From positions 4,278,001 through 4,342,000 of the forward strand of contig OZ176053.1 in assembly GCA_964247055.1 (NCBI GenBank): a stretch of DNA of 64,000 nucleotides, read 5' to 3'. This stretch comes from Paragordius varius. Its lineage: Eukaryota > Animalia > Nematomorpha. Below, piece after piece: positions 14,632-28,489 of the stretch. The first letter of the stretch is position 1, and each line of letters begins with the position of its first letter. A program made the translations under genes and the position numbers. Under the pieces are notes generated by a model. It was not told the origin of the DNA. It made no database searches and saw only the letters and a program-made list of their open reading frames with translations.

Positions 14632-17600
14632 TTAAATTCTACATCATACGAAATGTCATCTTACAATAAAATTAAGACAAGTTTAACATCATCAACTCAC
14701 AACTATATAAATCAACATACAACCACAATTAATAAACACCTTGTCCCGGGCTACAGTAATCAAACTCCTCACCATGTAAATACTAAAACGACAAATGGAT
14801 CGCTGTCCAATCAAAAACAACGCATTAACAATTCACATTCGAATTCGCATTTAAATTCGCCCATTAATATGAATGATGAGCATAAACTTATGTCTCAAAG
14901 CTATAATAGTTACAATTACAATAGTAACACAACCCGAACCTCAATACCTACTCCACTCAACAATACGGTTCCCACTGCATACCCAAAAACTAAAAAAGGT
15001 GTGAATAATAAAGATATGGTGGGGTATGAAAAAACTATACCGATTGAAATATATCCTGTTGTCTCTGATAAATCGTTAATAGCCAATAATAAAATAGATC
15101 ATCAATACAATGGTACCGAAGTCTTTCATAATCAAAAGATGCAAAATACGCCATCAGCTAGTAAACAACGATCCTCTATTGATAATAACATTAATCAACA
15201 GTTGCCAGCAGGTCGATATATTACGCCGGTGAAAACGCATATCCGTAATATTTTATTTATTTATTATTTTGATTAAAATTTGAGGTTGACGATTATAAAA
15301 TGTCGTCTTTTTTGTTTAGTTGTCATACTCGGATTTTATTCAATTTTAATCTAATGAATCATTGAAAAATCTTTATAAATTTTAGTTTTTGTTATTGAAT
15401 TATTTGATAAAAAACTTTTTTTAACATTCATGCAGAATTGATGGTAGGTGCTTAAAAAATCATTTTATTATTTTTCAATGATAATCGCTATCAAATATCT
15501 CATGGAAAGAATGAAAATGTTTTTTGATATTTATTTGATTCGATGTTCTTATTTTAGATAATGTATCACATATTGCTCAAAAGGTTAATGGATCCGTTAA
15601 ACAGCCAGTCTTGGTGAAATGCAATCAATTTCCTGGCAATAAAGTATTATCGAAATTCCTAATTATAACTTTTAGTTTTTTATCCTACCTAATAATATAA
15701 TTTATCGATCCAAATTTATAACGTTAACTTTTAGCGTAAATATTTATAGACACCATATCACACTAGCAAAACCATTTTATATATTATATATATATATATA
15801 TATATAATTTAATTTTACCACTTAAATAAATATATTTCGCTTGTTTTTCATATTATAACCAACAACTTAAATTAGTTTTATATGAGAATACTTTTGATTT
15901 GCCAAAAAAATGTAAATTCTGATTTAATTTTTGCGTAACAGGCATTTAATTCCATGGAAAAAATGGTAATTCAACAGAGTCAACGAAAACCGAATCTTAC
16001 AGCAGAACAATATAATTTGCATGCAACTAAAATACAAGCTTGGTGGCGTGGTTGTGCGACCCGTCGGAATCCGCGAATTATTGAAAAGTTATCTCGAATT
16101 CGAATGTCAAGGATTGAGGAACATATCCTAAACATTTATCAACAAATGAAATTGTAAGTATCGTTATTTGTTATCAAATAATTTTTTTTGCTAGCATTAA
16201 AATTGAAATTTGGTTACAATTAACATGGATGCGCGCTTTTTAGTTTTAAGTTTTAACAAAAAACATTATTGTGAGTAGAGTGCGATTGATTATACTTATG
16301 CGACTTTATATGATTACTTTATAATTAATCGAATTTTGTGGTTGTTAAGACTAGCTAAGATTGAGCAAAGTTATATATAATTTTTTAAAGGTTATTTACA
16401 TCAATTATAGATGGGTTACTGATAAGGTGTTTATAATGCTGTCTTATATGTGTAAATCAAATTAGCTTTCAAATATAGAAGTTTATCTCTAGGATTAAAA
16501 TTTTGAATCGTCGTAACATAATTCTCATATTTTTTAAAAATATTGTTCGGATATCTAGGCATTCTTTTCAAACTTGTAAATCGAATGCATTTAACAAAAA
16601 GCAATACACTAAAAACTTAAATGCACCCTCCTCCCCTTCGATTTCGATTCATTATAATTTTATTAAAGGCATGGATGGCTAATATATATATATATATATA
16701 AGCACCTATTTAGCCGAATAGCTTTTAAATAACATTTATGTACTGGGATTAATATATTTTAATATAATATAAAACGAACATACCTTCGTTCATGTTAGCA
16801 ATAATTTCCAATTAAAAACCCAAATATTTTTTTTCTACCATTAGATACAATGAAGAGCGAAAGATTGAAAAAGAAATGCGAAAAACTCAACTAGATATGT
16901 TACAGATGATGTGGGAACAAGTTTGAATTTTTTATTTTATACATAACAGATTAATAATGTACGCCAATCAGTTGACGAAATCAAAATACAGCAGGGAAAA
17001 GGCGTAACAACCAATGAGATAACCAAAGTAAATTTATTATATTAGTTTATATTGATATACTCATAAATTATTAATTTTAAATGCACAAAAGTCTTGGCGA
17101 CAACTATAAATAACTTAAAACATATGTTTCTGTTTGCTGAAAATATAATTTTAAATCTAGGGCATTTTTAAATTTCACTTATATAAAGCTTTAGACTAAT
17201 TAACACTTTTTCATAAATTGTTTTTTATTACTGCAAATATAATCAAATGAATTTTAATAAATTTTGAAGTTGGCCAAAAATCAATTATAGATCTGATAGC
17301 AACCGTAACTTTGTCGTTGAATTTTATAGATTTGGCAGTTTTAAATATAATACTCATACTTTTATTTACTGGCTGCACATAAATGCGTGGAGTCAATTAA
17401 ATTATTTTAACGTGCCACCATTGCCGATTTATTTATATCATATTTATTTTTTTACTCTAATGGCCATTCAAAGTTTTCAGTAATTATATATGATTAATTG
17501 TATATTTTCTATTCAGACCGCATCGGTTGTGAACCACACGAAAAACGATAATGTAGATGAACCCCGTCTTCCTCTCAAAAAACAAGATGAAACAAATATT

Positions 17601-18518
17601 GATGTAACCACCATTCTTCAATCCGAAACTAATCCAAATCATGATGTGCCACACCAAGAAGATGTTCCAACAAAATCCGAAAATATTAAAACTGCGGCGG
17701 TGAAAGAGGACCCCTTTATGGCAGACCTGGATGAACTTGAAAAGCGTGTCAAAGATTATGAGAAATTATCCAAAGAGGATCGAAATTTTTTGCTTAACAA
17801 TGTTACGTCAACTATCATGTCTCTCCAAACTAATTTGGCACAATGCATCATTGAAAAGGGCCTAAAAGATTCAGGGAACGATGAAACGGAGGATAGTAGT
17901 TTATTGAAGGATTCACCAATAAAAGAACAACAAAATAATCCCGTTAATATGAAAACCACTACTCTGTCTGATACCACAAATACTGAAACATCCATAAACG
18001 CAAATAAATCAGGTACTCATAATGAATCAACAACCAATCTGCTATCTAAATCATTAATAATCCCAGAGGCAAAAGAGAAATTATCATCTGAAAATATGAA
18101 AGATTCAATTAAATCATTAGAATCAAGGTTAGTCTCCAACAAAATGGACAGAAGTGTGAGTTTGGATAAGGCATTAGAACAATTAGATGTGAATAAGGAT
18201 TGTCCAATAAAATACCCTCAACTTTTTAGCTATCTCCTTGCCACAGGGAGTAACGTGGCTAAGGCTGCCGGGGATGATATAAAATTAAATCAATCCACAA
18301 ATGGTGAAATAGTCAATATATCAGAATCTCCAAATCCAGGCCAGAATAATTTAACTGAAACAGACGAACTAACACCACCAAATGTTGATCAGATAACGGA
18401 AGATATAGTTAATAGTATTCTACTTAAGGCTGTAAAAAAGTATAAGGATTCACGAGCTTATAGGAGTGTGAGTGCACGTCCAAACCGTTTTTTGGATATT
18501 GATTTGACACAGTTGTGA
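14632..18518 (+). CDS. CEP97: CEP97-like centriolar protein (IQ motif + coiled coil + long low-complexity regions)
   Basis: Phase-consistent exons 14632-15244, 15558-15643, 15942-16153, 16845-16920, 16950-17027, 17517-18518. ATKIQAWWRGCATRRNP...IRMSRIEEHI...EERK...MLQMMWEQ matches my recollection of CEP97 (ATKLQACWRGFYARNYNP...IRLRRMQEHI...DEERI...FRFLWNQV). Confidence 0.65.
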
Positions 18519-18829
18519 TTAACATGCGTAAACTATATTTTTGCCATTTTAGTTAATAAAATTTATATTTAATATTTTTTATATAGGAATTATTCTATGC
18601 ATTTTACATAACTTGAATAATTTATTCTCAAAATATTATTTTTTATATATGATGTATGCTTCTTAGCAAAGATATTGCCTGCCATAGCATTCCAATTATA
18701 CATAATGTCCACGAATTTTTAAATAATTAATTTAATTAATGTAAAGAATTCTATATATTCTTAATGGCTCAAGAATAAATTGCATTAATAAATATTTTAT
18801 TTATGATAATCATTTTTAAGATTGGTAGT

Positions 18830-19150
18830 TCCTATAACAGTGTCATATACATCTTCTCGTTTTAAGTTTTGCCATATTCGTTTAAGTGTATCTATCCACG
18901 GCGTTTTAAAGCGACCTCTTACCTTTAACGTTAAAATCATCGTTTCTCTTTGTAACAATATAATTACCATCTGTTTCAGTGTGTCCAAACCACCTGAGTC
19001 TATTTAACAATATTTTTTGTATCTGATATACTGATTTCTAAAAGACGAATTCTTTATTCCATATTTTCCTATTTAATCTAAGCACTCCCATTTCGGTGAC
19101 TTTAAAATGTTTGTACTCCAATTTTATGAGCTCCCAAGTTTGTCCTTTGT
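18830..19150 (-). mobile_element. Decayed RTE-clade LINE fragment (3' part of the RT ORF)
   Basis: Across stops and frameshifts reads QTWELIK...VTEMECL...RNQYIR...RLRWFGH...VKGKR...WIDTLK, the typical RTE C-terminal pattern. Confidence 0.7.
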
Positions 19151-19869
19151 ATTTGTTGGCTGTGAATTCGCAAGTTTTATTTTAACTTTAAAAACAAAAA
19201 TCGCAAAAGTATATAATTCGAATTTATGTTTCTATATCATGCTTTAAAGAGTCATCTGCTTCTAAAATCATTCGTAAAATGCAGCGCTTTTCATGTTTTT
19301 TCCAATTTTATTTATTATTTTTTTCACCAAAATTTATGAGTTCCGCTATCCTTTCTAGTGTAAACCGTATCGTTACATTATTCTCCATTTGTAGCCCATT
19401 TTTTTGATCACTCCGACAGCACTATTAACTTATCTGTATAAAGGAAATCATTGTCCTACATCCTTCAAAATTAGTCGATTAGAACAGACCGATTAAAGAG
19501 CTCTGATACACCCCCTGATTTATATCAATATATAACATTCTCGGCTTTTCACTTTGGTATGGTGAAAACGGTCCATTTAGAATTTAATACAGTGCACGCA
19601 AATAATTAACTTTTTGATTTTTTTATATGATATAAAAACGCATTATGGTGCTTTTTGTTTTGGGCCTGACAACTCATTCTAAATAATATTTTTAATTTTT
19701 AGTATTGTCTCTATGAAAATTTTAGCAAAATCAGAGCACAGTATGCTAAATATTTTTTTTGGCGCAAGTTAAATACATTCCAAAAATTATTTCAAATATA
19801 TTGTAAACTCTATAAAACAAATTATATTTACATATGGCTCAAAGACGATGCAGCGTATTGACACTTTAA

Positions 19870-20401
19870 CACTTGGATACAACACACTCATTTAGTCCTT
19901 CGATTCAAATTGGGGTAGTTAAATACTTCAGGCCTGTTTCAAATCAAATACTTTAAAAAGTATGGAAGGAATCGAAACCATGGCAAAATTTTGCATTTAT
20001 ATAACATTAATAATCCGAAATATATAAAAAAATTTTATTTAAAAATACTTGATATTACTTATTTTAAGCTGAAACCGAAAGGTAAAAATTTCGTCAACGT
20101 GACATGTGTGAAATTATAAAATCAAAAAATAATACAAAATAAACCGCTCTTTCTAATTCTATCAATGTTAGATGTAATTTAAAATAAAAAATTAGCTTTA
20201 ATTTTACCCTTCGAAGTAGTTTGACATGGAACTTATTTTTCAAAACAAAATTTTATTAAGATATTTTGGCATATTTATATAATTTTTATTAGGATAGAGG
20301 CATAAATTTAAATTGGGACCGTTTCCTTCAATGGTTTTTTTTAAAAATATTAATTTAAATTTAGTCTGGGGTATTTAGATACCCCAATTTAAATCGAAGT
20401 G
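19870..20401 (+). mobile_element. TTAA-flanked (piggyBac-like) MITE, full copy
   Basis: TTAA|CACTT...AAGTG|TTAA termini. Internal sequence is homologous along its length to the inverted copy at 36378-36958. Confidence 0.8.
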
Positions 20402-20581
20402 TTAAATATGTGATTCGTGCAAAATTAATTCAATTATTTAATTTTTAACAACTTTGTTTAAATTTAAATGGGAACTTTTGTAAATGTTAATTTTCGGCAA
20501 TATGGAAACGTTTTATATCATAAAAGCTTCAAAATATTTTTTTACAAGAATTGGTGTCATAATCTGGCATATAAAAACTTG

Positions 20582-20786
20582 TCAAGATTAAAATTACCTA
20601 TATTTTTAAAAAATAAATTTTTGTTCTAAATTAAAATAATACTGAACAAATAATAATCTATGCCATAAAGATATATCATATTTCGAAAACACATAATTTA
20701 TTTTAAAGTGAATTTGAATTGGTCAAGGCTGAATTTAAATTATTCAAGGGTGAATTTGATTTGTAAAATGGTGAATCTGTAAATGG
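20582..20786. mobile_element. Partial copy (right part) of the 21-bp-repeat foldback MITE
   Basis: Matches the interior and right arm of 28647-29036, ends TGTAAATGG|TA and is followed by a (TA)n run. Confidence 0.7.
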
Positions 20787-22295
20787 TATATATATATATA
20801 TATATATACACCATTCATAAAGGTATTATTTGGTTTGAAGGGTATCTATAGATGCTCCTTTTTCTCTCCTTGAGTTTTCTTTTGAGTTATATCTTAATTT
20901 TCTACTTTTAATGGCAACAATTTGTTGGAAACTTCTTATCTTTAGCGCGATATATTAAGCTTTCACCCATGACTGACAGCTGTGTTCACTTTAATCTACG
21001 CTAGCAAACTACTGACTCTTTAACAAATACCTTTAGCTGTCTCACACCGAACTATCTGAGCTTCCTCATTCATTAATTTTACATATCACTCTATCCTATT
21101 GTACAGTGCATAAAAAAGGGGTACAAAATGTTATGATAAAAAATAGCAAAATTAGCGCACATTAGGCTATATTATAACTATTTTTTAAAGGCTAGATGCT
21201 TCATTCCAATTATAATTCAAAAATGTAATTCACTGAATAACAAGCAAATGAAAATTATAGCGTTTAATTTATAGATATCGATGAAAGATTCAAATTTTTT
21301 AACTCCAAAAAAGCGTCCATTATATAAACCCGAGATTTCAAAGTAGTCATTCTTTATTTCAATAAATATGAATTGTGTTTTTACGAAACATATTATTAAA
21401 TAAATCTAGATTGTTCATAATCGTCAAATATAGAAAAAATATTTTAAATTACCATACCGTTTCGACCATTCTTCAAAATATTTAAAATTCAGTTGATTTA
21501 TTTATAGTATAATCACAGTTTTTCTGGTAAAACTTTTTTGATATCACAAGGTAGCGAATATTTATTATATTTTGATGATATTTTAGTGTGTGTTTGTAGT
21601 AATTTTTTATGTTTTTAGATTAATTATGCAAAAATCACTAAGGTTTAAAATGATATGTTTAAAATCATGTCTAGTCAGAATTCTAATTTTATAATAATGA
21701 ATCTTATTAAATGGTTTGGGACCATAGGTGAGTTAATCATTTTCTGTCTGGGTCCGGAGATATAAAGTTGTAAATTGCTTACATCCAATGAAGATTCTAT
21801 CTACGTTGTATGTGGCTGTAGAAACTAACTCCCTTATATATATATATATACCTATTTAGTCGTATGTCAATATTGTTACGCTGAATATTATGACTTTCAA
21901 TAATTAGATTGATAATTTTATTTAAAATACTGGTAAGTTTTTGTCGTGGGTCCGTTTAAATTGGATATGTATTTTTTTAAATTATTAATAAGCTTGGAAT
22001 GTTCAACATCTCAAATTGCAATGACTGAAATAGGTCTAATAATCATAACCTTAAATTACTATTGATGGTTAATAATACTGGTTATCGTAAGGTTCAATAA
22101 TTACCGATGATGATAATAAAGTTATTCCTGCTTATTAAATAATTTAAGAAACTTTCATAGACATTTTTACAAATTTTAGATTGATTGATTATCTGTGTTT
22201 TATAATATCTCTTTAATTATTCTAATTCACTAGAAATTAAATATATATCATATTTTGTTTCATTCCTTGTGGTTATTACATTTTCCTTAATTGAT

Positions 22296-23696
22296 ATGAG
22301 TTCCAATCAAGCTATCCAAGAACCAAAGGCTTCAGAAAATGATTTATACAAACAGTATGGATTAATTTTGGAAAAGAAAATACGGAATTTAGAAAAACGA
22401 AAGCAAAAATTGGATGATTATAGAAGTAAACAAAAAGCTGGTCAAGAATTAAATGAAGATCAAAAAACGGCGGTTTCACACTACAACGAAGTTGTTGCTC
22501 TTTTAGAAACATTAAATGACTTACATAAAACATATGCTAATATTACTTCCGAAATATCAAGAAATAATAAAAAGTTTGCAAAGAAAATCAAAACTGAAAA
22601 AGAAACCGATCAGAATTCAGTGTTTGTCTTTATAGTGAAAATGTATTACATTTACAGCAATTTCGCAAACAATGTCATTAAAAATAAACTACTCACAATT
22701 ATTTCTGAAAATGATTTGGACAGTCTCTTAACCTTCTTGAAGTCAATTTTCTCTTATTCGGAATCTAAGTTAAAATTTGATGAATACATAACATTGGCTT
22801 CTGAAAAGGCTTTGCCAATTATAAACTATAGGTCTAAATCCAATACTGAATCAGAACTTGGCAAAATGAAAGCCGCTATTGACAAATTATGCGCCTCAGA
22901 AGCATTTGATCAAATTATGGAGCTTTGTAAATCTCTACCGCCTTTAAAGGTCGCAGCTATTAATTCAGAACCAATATCGGTTGAAAAAAGTTTGATTACA
23001 ACAACCGTTACTACACAGGTGGCGAAATCAGTAACCTCGACAGTGCCCCAAACATTACAAGCTCAACCAATTCATAATGGTAATGTGACTCATTCTCAAA
23101 ATATGACCACCACTAATATCAAACAATCAATAGCGACAACCAAACAATTAGTTTCATCTGCTTCTTCTAATAGTGGCATCTCTTTCAATGGGAATCAGTA
23201 TTCTCAACCTCATCATGGCAAAAGTGTGTCTAGTCATAGACCAATATCACACTCCCAACAACATTTCAACAATAATAATCCGAACAATATCATTAGTAAT
23301 AAATCTGTTAATGCTGCCCCTCAGCACCACCAAAGAGATTTGGTTAATGGTCATAGCGGAGGAAATATAAATTCTGCACCTATTAAAACGGCCGGAAATC
23401 AATTTGTACGTCAAAATGTTTCGCATCAAGAGAATGGATTTGTATCGAATAACCCTCATCATCCGTTGAGTCAAAGCCAGAATTTTAATAATGCATCGAT
23501 GAATGTTAACAACAACGTACCCTCCTCTACATCCGCAGTGCAAATGAACCCAAATCTTAGCAACAGTAACAATAATCCAACTTGTACCCTTAATGATCTT
23601 ATTTCCACGTTTAAAAGTAGTTTCAACTTTTTGCAGGAATCGTTTGTCGATCCCAATGAAAGACAGCAGCAGCAACAACCCCAAGCCTATTTCTAA
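22296..23696 (+). CDS. CAPRIN1: Caprin-1-like stress-granule protein, single coding exon
   Basis: LEKKIRNLEKRKQKLDDY...ELNEDQKTAV is the Caprin N-terminal domain. DLISTFKSSFNFLQESFVD matches the G3BP-binding motif region (human YNFIQDSMLD). First ATG is at 22296. Confidence 0.88.
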   Translation: MSSNQAIQEPKASENDLYKQYGLILEKKIRNLEKRKQKLDDYRSKQKAGQELNEDQKTAVSHYNEVVALLETLNDLHKTYANITSEISRNNKKFAKKIKTEKETDQNSVFVFIVKMYYIYSNFANNVIKNKLLTIISENDLDSLLTFLKSIFSYSESKLKFDEYITLASEKALPIINYRSKSNTESELGKMKAAIDKLCASEAFDQIMELCKSLPPLKVAAINSEPISVEKSLITTTVTTQVAKSVTSTVPQTLQAQPIHNGNVTHSQNMTTTNIKQSIATTKQLVSSASSNSGISFNGNQYSQPHHGKSVSSHRPISHSQQHFNNNNPNNIISNKSVNAAPQHHQRDLVNGHSGGNINSAPIKTAGNQFVRQNVSHQENGFVSNNPHHPLSQSQNFNNASMNVNNNVPSSTSAVQMNPNLSNSNNNPTCTLNDLISTFKSSFNFLQESFVDPNERQQQQQPQAYF

Positions 23697-25767
23697 TCGT
23701 GTCAAGTCTACCCCTTTTCCTTTTTTTTATTCGGCACATAAAACACCCATGTTTTCTGTGTTTCTCCCTGTTTTTTATGCAATTAGGTCGTCGATTTGAT
23801 TTTGCATATTTATAGCCTCTCCCCACACCACACCAATTTTGATGCTTTTATTTGATTGATCATTTTACCTATACATATACATTTAAATACATCTTTGCCC
23901 TATAAATGCTTTTAGTTTTACCCCTTACTAATTTTGTGTAAACAATGAGATTTTTGAAACTTAATACGTTTTAATTTGCCATTCATTTTTAGTCACATCT
24001 TGATTTCATGATTGCAAAATAAATTTTGAATTTATATTTTTATTTGTCCCATCTAAATAATTATAATCTAAAATTTGATTATAAGGCTAGGGGATAAATG
24101 GCGAGTTTTTGGAAATGATTTGGACTAGGGGTGCTCAACTTAAATGACTTCGTGGACTTTTGAACAAATTCAGCATTCTGTATTAGATATATCGGCACTA
24201 ATACTATATTAATTAAGAATGTAGGATAATTTTCACCAATTTTTGCTAGCTCGTAACCAAGAAAACACGATTCGGCCTAAGGAAGATTTAAGATTTTCAT
24301 TAATAGCGATATTTTGCTCAAGATCAATAGCCAAAATGGCACCAAAATTATTAATCGTAACTTTGGGGCATTGTATAGGAAAAGTATTCATAATTGGATG
24401 TTTTGTAAAAATTATACGCTACTTCCGCTTTGGTGCAAAAAGCCAAAAAAATTATTTTTTATATAAGCCTTAAACGCGATACATTAGCGCCAAGGTTCTA
24501 TTTTATTCCTATAAGTCTAGCTTAAAAATTGTAAAATCTTTATTGATAATATTTTGCATTTAGTATTAACCTTATGGTATAAAATGAAATTTTGTTAACG
24601 GGTTTTTACATTTAATTTTATTCGACCTAAATGCCATTTTTTTTAGCAGAAAAATTAAATAACCCTTTTTCTAGCCTGTTAATCGCATTTATTTTAGATA
24701 TTTAGTATCTTAAAGCTTTTAGCTATCAATTAAGAAATATATTTCATGAATTCTTCATTTTTTTTCCTCATTTTTGCCGCATAGTGAATAAATCTTACAT
24801 TAAACTTTATCATAGTGTTCAAAACTTTATAATACTTTATTATGGTCCTATTCTTTAAACTCCAAACTTTTTTACACAGACCTTTTAATCATATTTACAT
24901 CATTGCCGTCTGAAATATAATTTCTGGTTTCTGTTGGTTTAAATCAAAAGGCGCATTTCCAAAAATTTAGTCTTTGCCACAACGATGTGCAATGTACATA
25001 TATGTGTGTCAAAAAAAGATCATGTGATGCCACAGAAGAATGGAAACGTTTAAAAATATTTGTAGTAAGACGGACTTTAAACCGAAGAAAAAAGAATAGA
25101 GCGCTTATCAGGGGCACATAGAAAAAAAATTGAAAATATCCCACCGAAATGAAAATAAATTAAATTTGAAGGTAAGATGAACCAGACTAGAACCAAACGG
25201 ATGGACAACGCTAAATTTTATATAGTTTTATCTCACTCATTTTTTTTTTGGGGGGGGGGGGGGGTGCTTATGATTTTTTGACGTGCCTTAAACAATTTTA
25301 TCTTTCTCTCATTTACGGTTTTTGCAACTTTAAAATCAATAAATAATAATATTATATGCGATTCATTTATTTGAGATATTTCATTTCAATATGATCTTTT
25401 TCAGCAAGTTAGGATTGGTAGGGTAAGGCACATTTTATCATAAGAAAGTTTGAGCGCAACATTTTTCTTTTCATTGTTTAAATAAATGTATTCGGAACTC
25501 ATTTATGTTTGTTATGGTTTTAAAATAATTGTATAAAAACTTCTTGGTATAAAAGCTACGTTATCAAAAAATATTTTTTCGACCTTTGTAATGCTAAAAC
25601 TTAATAAAATCTTTAGATACAATATTTTATCAATCACTTAGACCTGGAAATATTGACAATAACAATACTTAAACCAAATTATACATCATATAAAGCCATA
25701 TCATTTTATTTAAATAAATGATCAAAATTTTGGCATAAACCAATATGGTTGTAAAAAATTAAAGCAC

Positions 25768-28442
25768 TTAAGCAGTATAAGAGGTATCACAAGTAATTAA
25801 GGCATTGCTTTGAAGGCGAGATTTCAAAATACCAATTTTATTTTGATATTTCCGTTGAATTTCTTCCACTTTATGCTTTTCCTCGTCGTCCAGAATCTTC
25901 ACAAAGTTCTTAAGTTCTGGTACACTAAAATTATCCCACTGTCAAAAGTTTGTAATTAATAATTTATAGATAGATTAAAGAATTTAAAATTAACTCCAAT
26001 TAAATAATTTTCCCATAAAATCCAAATCAAAATAAATGTTTTAATTTGTTTTTCAAATATTTTTGGAGAAAAAATAAATTTTTATTTGTTGTCGCATAAA
26101 ATTTATTATATTTTATACAGTAAAAAGCTTCGTTTACCACTATATGACTTTCATCGTGATCTTTGATTACGAAATAAACAGACGTTGGCGGTTTCGATTC
26201 ATAATCCAAATATTTTCGTTCTTTTTGTTCCTCGATGGGTAATAAATCCATTATACACTCGTTTGATTCCACTTTCTTCATCCACACTGAATTTAAGATA
26301 TAGTATGAGTAAGTATACATTGGTAATTTTTCATTAATTAGTGCCGAATAGAATAAGCAGCAAAGAGAATAATTATCGGCTAATAATAGTATAGAGTGCA
26401 AAAAATATCTATATGCCAATAATACTACCCTTTGCCATATATATATAATTTGGCAATAATTACAGAAAAACTAGCAATGTAGACTATTACTCATACTGTA
26501 AATTAATAAATGGAAAAAATTACAAAAACAGTTAAATTATGATAAATTTTAAATGTTTTTTATAACAAGTGACAGGCAATTGTTTTTTAATTATATAACA
26601 ACACAGCTGACCAGTAATCATTCAATGAAAAAAGGATTTCTATACTGATTGCCGAAAATTAAATGGATAATAAATAATTTATTTCTCAAATTTTTAAGAC
26701 AAAAATTTTTTTCCAATTTTTTAATCTAAAAATAGGGTCGGTTTGGGCCGGTTATACCAGTGATGAAATTGTTTAAGAATGCAATCAATTTGATCTAGCC
26801 AGAATATAACCACAATTAAAATAATATTTAACTCCTTAGGACACAATAACAACCGAAATTCTTTCAAGAGTTTTATTTTCCTTTATTTATGAAAAAAAAA
26901 GGTATTAATATATGTATGATTTTCATCTTCTTTTAATTAAATTTTATAATGACATTTTTCATCATATAAATAAGTAAAAATATTATCAGTTATTTTAGAA
27001 GTTTAATCGATTAGATCATTATAGTTATAGCCGGTCAGACCCAATTCTATATGAAATAAGAGTATATTCGCGTATTAAATCAAATTCAAAATAAAATTTA
27101 ACCTTTGTTTTCGCCCAATTTCATGCGTTGGTATAAATGAAATAATTTGGTGTTTGCCCATGAAAACTGTTTAGCAAAACCATTTATTATATCTTTGGCA
27201 CATGTGTACCTGTTTATAATGATGGTATATCTATATAGCTAAAAAGATTTTTTTATTTGAAAAATATAATTAGCTAACTATGTTATAAATCGAAAATACG
27301 TTGATCTATGATATAAAATATGAAATAAACCCCTTTATGGTATTCTAAATATAATGAATTTAATATAATATTCAAAAAATTTAAATTCAAAAATAGTTAA
27401 GGAATTTTATATTACATGATCTTTAAACCGTATAACTTAACAATTAGGAGAAGGGAGATGAAATGGTTTATTTTACGTTTTGTTACAATATTCTATTAGG
27501 ACCTCTTTTTTAACATTTCATCCAAGAAGAAACAAATACGTGTTGATCAAGTTAGTTTTTATTATTAGTCAAATTTTAAACAATATAAACTTGATGGTAA
27601 AAAGCGTCAAAAAGGATACACAAAACTAGACCAATAATAAATTTAATTCGGTTAAATAAATCTCATAGAAATAGTGCGAATTATGCCCAAAGCTAATAAA
27701 ACCACATATAATTATTCCATTATCTTATTTGGATTTACCATTTTTGTATTAGTGGATTAATAAGTAAATATTCGTTTTAACTTCTCGTATTAATAAAATT
27801 TTGATTTCTGAGCAACATTATACATAATGTCGATTTGGGATGAGTTTGCACGTTTTAGGAGATTCGAATTTTAAGAAAAGCGAATAATGGGGCTTTTAAA
27901 ATCTAATTAAAAACGAGGGTGAAACGCCATATAGGAGAATCAAATGGTCACAACCAAAATGCGCTAAACAGATGGTTATAAATATTTTGGCTTAATAATG
28001 GCTCAAAATTTTGTAATAGATAAAAATAATATTAGGTAAACGCTTAAAGTTAGAACACCAATGAATTCGTATTTTGAAATTATTTTGTGCAAAATATCTG
28101 GTCAAAATTTATTTTTAGTTAATACATGCTACAACCTATGTATATAATCGTAATATTGTTAACGTAGCTTATATTTTAAAAGCTCGTCAAAAATGTTAAA
28201 AGTACAATTTACGGGGACCCTCACAAATTATTAAAATAACCAATTCTTATAAACCGCCATGCTTTTATAATTATCAGTACCGCTCATTACTTTTAAGATT
28301 TGATCCAAAAAAATCTTTCATAAAAAATTTTAATTATCGAACTTTTGTGATAATAATTTTAACATGCTAAAATTTGGTAAACACAAAAAATGCCATTTCA
28401 CAAAGTAAAATTTGACTTTCATTTGGTGTTTTTACATATCTC

Positions 28443-28489
<47 letters not shown>

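Noticed and set aside
25240-25264. T-run followed by a ~15-G run (G-quadruplex-like)
   Set aside because: Isolated homopolymer of uncertain sequencing accuracy, with no associated feature.
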